Assembly (NCBI GenBank): GCA_028534125.1 | Contig: CM052817.1 | Location: 8,806,001-8,870,000, forward strand | Origin: Lama glama | Taxonomy: Eukaryota | Length of the DNA: 64,000 nucleotides | Direction: 5' to 3' | Shown: one piece after another, positions 53,545 to 64,000 of the stretch | How positions within the stretch are numbered: the stretch's first letter is position 1 | Layout: each line of letters opens with the position of its first letter | Program-made: the position numbers and the translations under genes | The notes under the pieces: model-generated | The model's input: only the letters and a program-made list of their open reading frames with translations | The model's database searches: none | Told to the model about the DNA's origin: nothing

Positions 53545-53680
53545 GTACCATGAGAAATCCTGTGCCTGCATCATTTCATTTAATCTTTGCTCTAGATTAT
53601 GAGGCAATATTAGCCCTACTTTATGGATGAAGAAACTGAGGTTTAGAGAAACTGAGTTAGTTTCTGTTTTAAGCAGCCAG
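53545..53680 (-). mobile_element. MIR fragment
   Basis: atttcatttaatctt...ttatggatgaagaaactgaggtttagaga. Confidence 0.7.
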
Positions 53681-54574
53681 CACATAAACCCAAAGATTAT
53701 AATGATGTAAAATATTCATAGTCAGTTATTTGGCTTTATCTCAAAAGGGTTAAAATCTTACATCTATTAATCCAATATTCCTAGATTTATGAGTCCATCA
53801 TAAAGAAATATGTTGTGATCCAGACATATATTAGGTACAAACTGCTCATGGGATTGCTATTTGTAATAGTGAAAATGCTATCACAGTTGTATATCTAGAG
53901 TAATAGTTAAGTAAATAATGGCATATTTGATCAAAGAAATTTGATGAAAATAAATATTGATAACATTTTAATATTTGTAGTAAAAATTGGCAAATCTGAT
54001 TACAAAAATATTAAAAATATAAAAATTAAGCATGCTATATATTTGCAATTTTTAAAAATTTACAAATTAAATATTAATGTTTTTATCTTATCTTCCTCAA
54101 GTTATAACAAATAAAATGTTTTTCCTTCACTTTAAAGTAATACATGCTGATCTCAGAAACTTTAAAAAGTATCAAAATAAAAAGAGTGGATGGAAAATGG
54201 CTCTGAGCTTTCTATTTAACTTTATTTAATCTTCATAACATGAGTAGACAAATATTTTTATGTATAGTTTTCTGATTTTCTGATTCTCAGTTTGAACGTT
54301 TTGTAAAACCTATTCAAAAGAAGAAGAAAAAGAAGTAAAATTTTCTTATAAATTTACTACCTAGAGATGACCACCACCATTAAACTTTTAGAATATTTCT
54401 TGTAACTCATAATTGCATTATTTTCCATGGAAGAAATCTGGTGCCCTATTGGGGTATTTTAACAAAAGAAAACAAATCGACAGGGGATTAGTCATAGGAG
54501 ACAGTGCTCTGAAGACATTTGTGCTTATCCCTAACATTGTGCATGGTACATGTAACATTGTACATGTAACAATT

Positions 54575-54720
54575 GTCAATGCATTTATCCATATCACTCA
54601 CTAGATTATAATGCCCCTCCTACAGACAGCAGACATATGTTGCTCACAGATATGGTCCTAAAGTCTAGAATAATACCTAACATTTATAGGCACCCAAAAC
54701 ACACTGTGAAAGAATGATTT
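54575..54720 (+). mobile_element. L2 3' end
   Basis: cactagattataa...agtctagaataatacctaacatttatagg...gaatga. Confidence 0.55.
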
Positions 54721-55164
54721 ATACAGGAGAACTTGCCCCTGGGGTTTGTTTTCAAATTTTTAAAAATGACTTAATTCAAATATGTTTCATATTTGCAGAA
54801 AATTATGTTCCCATTTCCTTGATAACAAAAATGGCTATATGTAGTTCAATGCTACCCATTTTAGTGAGAGAGAAAAGCAGAAATAAAAACATGGTTTATT
54901 GGACAACTTTTGACACTGTGTCCCAAACATTTGACCTGAGTTAAATGATAAAAAAGAGCAGTATCAATAATTGCTTTAAATGATATCAAGCACATCAAGA
55001 TAAAGCTTGCTTGTTAAGGATCACGGTGATACGGCCAAAAGATAAAAGTTAAAACAGTTAAGTTTTTCCACAAAGGAAAAACACTCTGAAAAACAGAAAT
55101 TTGGGGTTAAAAGGAAGCAAGAGAAGACCCACAGATTCATTAAAATCACCTCTTTTATGATGGT

Positions 55165-55667
55165 GGTTTTTTTCTCCTTTCAGCATTATTGATTTATTAA
55201 CAAATAAATTTCAAGATACTGAAATTATACAATGTGATGGTTTGACTACTAATATATTGAGGAAAGATTCCCCCATCAGGTTAACACATCCATCATCTCA
55301 TGCATTTACTCTTTTTTTCCATTGATGAGAATGTTTAAGTTCTACTCTCAGCAAATTTCAATTATACAATACAGAGTTATCAACTACAGTCATTATGTTG
55401 TGCATTAGATCCTCAGACCTTATTCATCCTACAGCTGGAAGTTTGTACTCTTTTTCCAACCTCTGCCTGTTTCTCCCTCCATTGCAACCACTTTTCTACT
55501 CTCTGTTTCTATGAGTTCAGGATTTTTTTTTTTTTAGATTCCACGTGTAAGTGGTGCCATACATATAGCGTTTGTTCTCTGTCTGGCTTATTTCATTTAG
55601 CATAATGCCCTCCATGTTTATCCATATTATCACAAATGATAGGATTTCCTTCCTTTTTTTAAGCTGA

Positions 55668-55709
<42 letters not shown>

Positions 55710-55785
55710 ATATATAAATAATACATCTTACATTTTTAATCCATTTATCCATCAACTGACATTTGGTTTCCATACCATTATGCTT
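55165..55785 (-). mobile_element. L1 3' end (L1MA9-like) with internal (TA)n
   Basis: ctactctcagcaaatttcaattatacaatac...ctactctctgtttctatgagtt...tctggcttatttcatttagcataatg. Confidence 0.88.
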
Positions 55786-56530
55786 TTTAAATTTTGATTT
55801 GTCTTTCCACCAACTGAAGCATATCCAAGTGAATTTTAAGGTCATGATTATCATATATTTTTGAGTCTTTGCATAATAATATTTTCATGTTGTTTGAAAA
55901 TGCTTTGATTGTTTTCCAATATGAATGACAACTTGGCTGACATAATATTCTTTGGTAACATTTATTGTCTCTAAAATGTTGAAGCTTTGCTTCTTTATCT
56001 TCTAACATTTAGTGATAAAGAAAAATCTGAGAATAATCCGTATCTTTCTATCAGTAGCTATTTATTGCTCTCTGAATAGTTGTGGGATTTTTGGTTGTTT
56101 TATTTTTGTTTGTTTTTTGTTCTAAATTTGTAACACTAATAGTCCCTTGAGTATGCCTGGATGTGTACCCTTTTCATTGTTTTACATAAGCATTTTCAAG
56201 CTCTACGTTTAGGTCCTTTGAACTTCAGGATCTTAAAAAGAGTTTTATCATTAATTTTTGTTCTTTTTAATTGTTCTGATTTTCCCCAAAATGAATACAT
56301 ACAATTTTTTGGTTGGATTTTCATTATCTGTTTTTTGTACTTGAAATCTTCCCTATTATTGTTTTACTCTACATGCAAATAAAACACTTTCACGTTTTCT
56401 GAAAAACATATTGGTTAGAATCAGGCAATAATAACAACTAATAAACAGGTAATAAATAAAAGCTGACTTTAAGGGTAACATTTCCTCACAAGTAGGATAT
56501 AATTCCCTCTACACTGGGTGCTGTTTTGCA

Positions 56531-56934
56531 CGTGTTCATCTGCTCACGTTCTCATAACGTAATTCCACAGCCTGGGAGGCTGAGACAACAGACACTTACT
56601 TTCTCACAGTTCTGGAGGCTAAAAATCCATGGTCGAGGTGCCAGCAAGTTAGATTTCTGGTGAGAGCTTTAGTTCTGGATTGTAAATGGCTGCCTTTCTG
56701 CTGTAACCTCACATCTCCTTTCCTCCGTTCTCGTGTGGGAGGACTGAGATCTCTAGTATCCACTGCTCTTCTTGTAAGAAAACCAACCCTTAGGTTGATT
56801 AGGGCCCCAGCCTTCTGATCTCCTTTAACCGTAAGTACCTTCCTCAAGCTCCCACCTCCAAATACAGTCATATAGGGAGGGGTTAGGGCTTCATCATATG
56901 AATTTGAAGAGGGGGTGCAATATAGTCTACAGCA
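56531..56934 (-). mobile_element. MLT1A0-type MaLR solo LTR with perfect 5-bp TSD
   Basis: tctcacagttctggaggct...tttctggtgagagc...ctccaaatacagtc...gttagggcttcatcatatgaattt; TTGCA at 56526-56530 and 56935-56939. Confidence 0.9.
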
Positions 56935-57654
56935 TTGCAATACGAATTTATTTTGAGACACTGCGAAGAAAAAGTTTTATGAGGTAAACATTCTGCCCAG
57001 TCTTGTGTAAATAAACATAAATTTCCCCAAACATAAATCCAAATTAGTGTTTTTCTTGATATCTAAATACTGGGAACAATGAAAATTTCTTAAAACACAT
57101 TACATAGGAGAAGTCTTCTGTCCTTTGCATCTCTCTTCTTAAGAGTAAAAGTAGGCATAGGGAGGTTGTTCATCCCACAAAGTATTGATGACCATCACTG
57201 TCAAATATTTTAGTAACTTTCAGTGAAGATTGACAAGCATTTTTTTTCCCTAAAGATTTCTGGATATAAGTTTCATTAACATTTTTGTCAAAACCAACAC
57301 TATTAATGCAGAGATAATCTTGAACAGTTAAAAGGTAATAACTGTATTGATTATAAAATAAAATATCTATTTAAATAAAGTATTGAAGACTACATAATCC
57401 AGTGAAGACAATAGAATTTTAAAGGTGCAGTAATATTTCAAACAAAATTTAAATTCTAGTTTGGCAGGTGTTATACTTAGTAAATATTATAAGGACAATA
57501 GTTTTTTGTTTATATTTATTTACTTTCTACTTGCTAATATGTCCTAGATTCATATTTCACTGAAATAGATTAATTACATTATGCAAATGATTCACTTGGC
57601 ATTTCTTCTTCATTTAAGTGGTAAACAAAACTTTGAAAAAATGAGGCTCCTTTA

Positions 57655-58125
57655 AGGGTTAGGAATTGTGTTTTGTTGCTAGTAATGAAGATCTGAAATA
57701 ACAGTGGCTTAAGACAAATAAGGGCTATTTTTCTTTTACAAAACATCAGGGTCAGAGATTGTCTGTTCCTGGTGGACATCGTATCAGAAACCTGAGTTCT
57801 TTCTGTCTTTCTGTTCTGCTTTTTTTTTTTTTTCTTTAAAGCACCTGAGTTCTCAAACTTAAGTTTTCTTCATGGGCAGCAGATGGTCACTGGAGCCGTA
57901 GACTTATAGCCACGTTTCAAGAAGGAAAAAGGAAGAAGAAAGGACAAAAGTGGTGTTTGCCAGTTGCCTTTAAAGAACTTTCTACTTCTATTTACATGTC
58001 ACTGACCTTCTCTGTGCACAAGGGGGGTTGGGAGCCATCACTCAGCTGTCCTCACTGACACAGCCCAGAGGCTGTTTAATAAGACGTGAAATAGATATTG
58101 GGTACGTGACTAACAGGTCATCCAC
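57655..58125 (-). mobile_element. Old MLT1 (I/J/K-like) LTR
   Basis: aataacagtggcttaagacaaataagg...ttctttctgtctttctgttctg...agatggtcactggagc. Confidence 0.6.
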
Positions 58126-58832
58126 AGGTCTTTTATTTGGTACCAGGTCACTTCCTACTGTGAATGTATATTTAAATGTACTGAATGACATTCTAAGTAA
58201 TACACATTTAAAAATTCTAGTTATTAAAAGTGCAAGCCTATAAGAGATCTATCAACAAGCTCTGGGTCTAGGTTTTATTTCACAGAAGCTACCTTACTGG
58301 ATAGGAGGTGGAGGGTTTAGAGGCAGAGCAGATCAATTATTTATTTGGTTATTCATTCATTAATTAATTCAACGTATTTAGCATCCTTTATATTTAGGCA
58401 TTGTACAATTGCAGGGAGAATAATTGCTGCATTTGTATAGTGCTTTACAGTTTATAAAGGATTTTCATTTATGTTTTTCCCATTTAAGCCTCATGTAACA
58501 CCAACAGGTGGGAAACAGGCATTACTTCCATATATTACTAATGACTTTGAGGAGTAAGGAGATTAATTAAGAAGTGCAATCTGTAAAATCAGTGTGAGTC
58601 AGATTCTGAATTTGAACTGGGGAATTCCAGCTCTTGTGAATGTTAATTCTCCTGGCCTTAGAAATTGGGCTCTGCTGCGAATTAGAGAACAAAGAATCTC
58701 TCTCTCTCAATCCTGGGATGTATGTACGTCAGGAACCACCAAAGAAGGGTCTTTTGGGGCCATCAGGGCACCTGCTTAGCTTTCATGTAAACCTTTCAAT
58801 GTAGCCACTTGAGTTCATCTAAAGTAATAATT

Positions 58833-59160
58833 CTTTTTTTTAATTGAGATATAATTGACCTATAACATTATATTGGTTTCAGGTGTACGGCTTATTGATA
58901 GACATTTGTATACATTGCAAAATGACCACCATAGCAAGTCTAATTAGCATTCATTACCATGCATAGCTGCACTTTTTTCTTGTGTTAAAAACTTTTAAGA
59001 TCTATCCTCTTAGCAATTTTCAAGAATACAAACAGCATTAACTATAGTCACCAAGCTATATATATTCTCAGGACTTCCTGATTTTGAAAATGGAGATTTG
59101 TACCTTTTGACCACTTTTACCCATTCCCCCCACCATTGTGCATTCCCCACCTCCCCATTT
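58833..59160 (-). mobile_element. L1 3' end (L1MA9-like)
   Basis: ttttttttaattgagatataattgacctataacattatattggtttcaggtgtac...aacttttaagatct. Confidence 0.85.
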
Positions 59161-59199
59161 ATGTTAATAATCTTAACACAAGGCAGTGATTATTTTATG

Positions 59200-59870
59200 C
59201 AGTACAATGAGGGAGTCCCTAAGGAGTTTTGGGGTCTATGAAGTTGCAATTTATTGAGAACCTAATCCAGATGAAGATAACCAGAGCTTGGTTGGAAATG
59301 ATGATCTATGGCTAAGATGGAAGTTTTGAAGTTGTAGATCCTGGTTTTATCTGTACAAATGTAATAATAAAAACCTTGGGAAAAAAGGAAGCATCCAAAT
59401 GAGAGAATAAAGGGGAAAAGGAGAGGGAGAGGAAGGAGAAGAGGGAGATGAGAGAGAGAGAGAAAGATTGGGACAGAGACAGAATGAGAGAGAAGAGTAT
59501 ACACTAATGAACATGGGAGCATCCCATGAGAAAGGACAAAAAAATAAAGAGATTTCACAAAGTTTGAGAAGACATAATTTTACATGTATGGAGAGAGCCA
59601 GAAATGAACAATTCCATGAGTGCCAAAGAAAGGGACAGTTTCAGAAGGATCTTGGCTGGCTGGCAAATCACTATCCTAGGTGACTGGTAAGCCATGAACA
59701 GCCTCTGAGAGTCTGTACAACCAAAGGCAAAGCGGCGCCAGACAAAAGTTAGGAAACGTGTAGGGGAGTTGAGATCATCAGTTTAAACTGCTTTTCAAAG
59801 AAGTTCGTTAATGAAAGAGAGGAGGGAGAATAGGATAAATAGGCTATTTGTAAACTGATGGAAAGAGGCT
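59200..59870 (-). mobile_element. L2 fragment
   Basis: gtgccaaagaaagggacagtttcagaagg...cttttcaaagaagtt. Confidence 0.45.
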
Positions 59871-60479
59871 CTCCTAAATGCATTGAAGCTTGGGTTTCTC
59901 ATCAAATAGCCACTTATATTTTCTGATAAAATTCATTGATATTTTATTTGAGAAAATTTTTTCAAGAGTGCAATGAAGGGCAAGCCATGTACCCAGTCAA
60001 GAAAGTGAAAAATTGATGCTGTATTTGTAGACTCCGTGAGTCAGTGGATTTGGTGCTCATCAACACAATGAGATGCCAGGAGTCTGACAAATCCACAAAA
60101 GACGTGTTTCTTGCAGAGATAAGTTCTTTCTTATTTTTTACAAACCATTTTCAATTTTACTGCCAATGTTTTCTGTTATGGTCCAATAAGGAGAGTTAAT
60201 CTCACGTATGAAACAGCATGACTTTTCTTCATCTCTCTTTTGAACCAAATCATCCCAACCCATGGGGACTGGGGTTGTTTTACATTTATTGTCTGTTAAG
60301 GATGAGCAAAGAAAATGAGTTTCGTATGACAGAGAGTAAGAAGATAAGACACAAACAGAAAAAGCCATGCTGAGGGGGGTTATTAACTATTTAATTGATC
60401 TCTTTTTAAACAAGTTGTGGTGGAGACAGCACAGTGGTAGATTTGCACAGTGTGCACTAGATTTTGGGACTCAGAACAA

Positions 60480-60690
60480 CAGTGGTAACAACTTCTGTGT
60501 ATTGAGCATATACACTCTAACAAGCATTTTCCATGCATTTAATGTCACCTTCAGCACTTCTGACATCACCTTTTCCCCCATTTTACAGGTGAAGTTTAAG
60601 TAAAATATCAGAAGGTTGAGGATTCAAAAGTAGTGAATAGAAAAATTAGGATTTGAAGCCAGATCTGTTCAAAATGAAAGTCTGCTCATT
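60480..60690 (-). mobile_element. MIR SINE
   Basis: tattgagcatatac...tccccattttacaggtgaag...ggatttgaagccagatctg. Confidence 0.7.
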
Positions 60691-62349
60691 ATATATACTT
60701 TTTTTTTCTTCAAAGAGGAAATACTTCATGCATCATTTAGGCATTCCCCAAAACAATTGTTTTGGAAACAAAATAATTTTGTCATGTTAATAAACTTTTC
60801 TGAACATTTTTATGAGGAACCATGTAAAGCTTTATTAAAAATAAGAATTTTTATTGTAATTTAACTCATACCTGAAACCACTGGGAAATACTTTGTCAAC
60901 CCTTTAGGACCTGTCGAGGTTCTATTTTTGAAGTGAATATTATGGCATTCTATTTCTGTATTTTTTAATTTTGTGATTGACAATGTCTCATTGTCTATAG
61001 TATCTTGTATTCAGAAGTTGAAAATTCTCAGCAGCTTATATTTAAGACAACATATTTTACCACTCTTTTCAAAAGTGGACATTTTAATGGTGATCTCCAT
61101 ATGTTGGCAATATTATTGAGATTGTGTACTTGATTGATGAAGAAAAAATAACCCCTCCACACCTCATTCCTGTTATAAATTCTTCCTACGTCTGCAGTCT
61201 ACTCGCACTGTTCAAGCAGGCATCTTTCTCTGATTACCCTGTTAGAGACTCCTGGAGTTGCCCAGGACACCATCTGCCTCAGGTCCCCACTCCTGGGCCC
61301 CAGCACCACCTTCCTCATCATGTCCCCCAGAGTGCACAACACTGGGACGGCAGCGGTTCAACACTGAACTGAACTAGAACAATGTAACATTAAAGAAGAC
61401 AACTAAATACAAAAATCCATCAACAAGTAAGTGCTCTCAGTCAATCACTGGTCTACTTGCCAGGGACACTGTTTTATATTTTAGGTTTATGATCCCCTGT
61501 TCTCACATTGTCTGTTCCCTTTCATTTTATTAATTTTATCTAATTCCCTTTATGCCTTTGAAATATGGGAATTTTCCATCTTTGATGATGAGGACAACTT
61601 GATCAAAAATTTAAGAACCGTCAAGTTCACAGCTCAGAAGTGGCAGAATCATTCAAATGCTGAATCAAAATCCTGTTTCTACAGATATGAATGAACATAA
61701 AAGTAACTTCCTCCCTTTGAGGCTGGCTGAATGGTGATCTCTGTCAGTGTGGGCTCTTGGAATTTCTATGTACCTGCAGGCTATTCTCTTTTTTAATTTT
61801 CCTGTTTAGTTGAGTAACACTGCTTGGCCACAAAGACTGAAAATTTCCCTCTGGCTCATTAGGCATGAAGAAGTATAGGAAGAGATTGTGGTTGTTTTTG
61901 TCCCCTTCGGCAAAAATACATCAATACAAACATGCTCTCATAGAAATACCGACGATCTCCAGTAAAATAATCACAGAAAGTACCATTTTGTCTTTACTTC
62001 ATCTCCATTCTTTTTATATCAGATATTCTCTCTTGAATAGCATTGTGCATCCCATTGCAGATATAATGATCATTAAGTTCACCCCCAAGACTCTAGGATG
62101 GATCTATGACTCTGTGACTAATTAAATAAATGCTGATTATGTGCTATACAATTCTGTCTTTTCCATTCAGTGACACTAACATTTTCTGGAAGAAAATTAA
62201 GTCTTGCCAAGTAAATGTAAATGCTGATTCCCAATGCCCTCAATACTTAAACACTTTAATAAGCCTCTAAATCTCTGTATTAAGTAATATTTTGTTCACC
62301 ACTTCTAGAGTGTTTTGTGATTTCCTGATCAAACTGTAACTGATTGACT

Positions 62350-63540
62350 ATATGATGCCAGAAATACAGAGCTGCCTAAGAAAATAGATCTCAGTGAATC
62401 TATGGTTTAGTGGGTGGAAAGGAAATGGATGTTATAGACTGGAAAGGTGATGAGTTTGTTACACCGTGGAAAACCAACTTTCTAGGGAAGAAATGGTAAA
62501 ATAAAATATCAGTCATGTGTGCTGGTAGTTATCGATATGCCAAGGTATGTAAGGGAAAAATTAATCCAAGAGAGATTTAGCTGGATTACAAGCACAAATA
62601 AAAAACAATAGAAATTGATACCTTGAGTTGGAAGAAAAGTTAACTTCTTCTAGACTTAAAATGTCAGAGAATAAAACTGAGGAATCCTTTGAGTAACAAA
62701 GACCAATTAGAATCTAGCACTGCAAAGAAAGATCAAATTAAAGGTGTAGTCTTCTTACTTAATCCTGATAGTTTAAAGTTACCATTAGGCTAAGAGGGAG
62801 AGGGAGGTGAAAGGGTAAGGTGTTATAGATGAAGAAGAGGAAGAGTAAAAACAAGTTTAAAAACTATGCTTAGGAAAGGAGTTTAAATGTAGTTTCCAGT
62901 ACATGGTATCACATGGAAGTTAATAGATCAGCAGCTTACTAAGTTGTTGAAGGAAAACTGCCTCTGAAAACAAAGCTCTTAAGTAGTTGAGACCAATAAA
63001 AACCTTTAGACATTCCCTTATCACCAAAGAGATCCCCCTAGATAACCCATGCCCACTTCGAATGTGTCCAAAGTGGACCATAGTAGGAAGAAGCTGGCAG
63101 ACCCAGGGCAATGGATCATGATGTCTAGGGATATCTCACTCCCACTTAGAGATTAGAGGCAGTGCCTAGTGAAGTAACTTTCCCACACACAGACAATCTT
63201 CATAAAGCCCATCCAGCAGGATCCCACAACTGCTGTTGACCACCGCCTGTTACAGACCTTTCAGTTTTCCAATTTTTGAAGCAAATGTTTTATTGTGGTC
63301 ATTCTGGACTTATTTCTGTCTTGTATTATTGTGATGTGTGTGTCAGTGTGTGGGAGTAGGTAACTTATATTTTTAGTTCCTAAGTTGTTAAAGAGTTGTC
63401 ACATTCAGATCAGATGGCAAGCACTGTACCTAACCCAGAAATCTTGTAGTTTAAGCTAGACGTAGTGACTGTATGGAATGTCTGGATTTCTTCAGTAGGG
63501 TAGAGCTGAATGTGTTCTGTGATAGAATAAGTATATTTTG
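62350..63540 (+). mobile_element. MaLR (MLT1) internal region
   Basis: gactggaaaggtgatgagtttgttacaccgtgg; cccagaaatcttgtagtttaagctagac...tgaatgtgttctg resembles the 3' end of MLT-int. Confidence 0.5.
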
Positions 63541-64000
63541 GTGGCCTCCGTGGTTCCCAACTTCTGGTATGCACATCCTCTAATGATCTCCTTCTCTAGG
63601 GTGTGGGCAAGACCTATAACTTACTTCTAATCACTAGACCAACAGCCATCATCAATCACCAATAGCAGAGTTGATAAAATTTCACTCCCATAACCACATT
63701 ACGTTATATGGTAATACTAATGAGATGTTGCTCCCATGTTTATGCTATGTTACATAAGACTGTCTTGTTACAGACACATTCTAGAGTCTCTTCCCCTCTA
63801 TTCCTGGCTTTGAAGAAGGAGGCTGCTATGAATTCTATAGCAACAGCAAACTGATTTTACTGATGCCCTGAGAGAACTAGAAAATAGGCCCTTCCCCAGT
63901 TGAGCCTCCAAATAAGAATTCAGCCCGATCCTCAACTTGAGTGCAGACTTCCAAGAATCTGAACAAGGAACCCAGTTAGGCTATGCTTGAACACCTGATC
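63541..64000 (+). mobile_element. MLT1E-type MaLR LTR running off the window
   Basis: gtgtgggcaagacctataacttacttctaa...ctggctttgaagaag...ttccccagttgagcctccaaataagaattcagccc. Confidence 0.8.

Noticed and set aside
54532..54576. Short tandem/near-palindromic TACATGTAACATTG repeat
   Set aside because: Only 2-3 degenerate units; looks like a local slippage duplication, not an array.

Overview
Repeat-rich, AT-rich, CpG-depleted mammalian non-coding DNA (intergenic or deep intronic). It is most likely from a camelid (alpaca/llama/camel), judged from two tRNA-derived Vic-1-like SINEs and a camelid-type young L1 3' end. I recognise no host protein-coding exon or RNA gene; the only ORFs that resemble real proteins are decayed LINE-1 ORF1/ORF2 fragments. 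Much of the window is old transposable elements: MIR, L2, MaLR/ERVL LTRs, hAT MITEs, HAL1 and L1. The clearest structure is a nested L1 cluster at 21.75-26.34 kb. An L1 3' fragment is split by an L1 with an intact 5' end but no 3' end, and that L1 contains a young, apparently 5'-inverted L1 with a perfect 16-bp TSD that spans an assembly gap. Other items are a good CTCF motif and several repeat-free islands that may be enhancers. I found no convincing undescribed biological system. Repeat subfamily names come from recalled consensus sequences, and boundaries are approximate unless a TSD is given.
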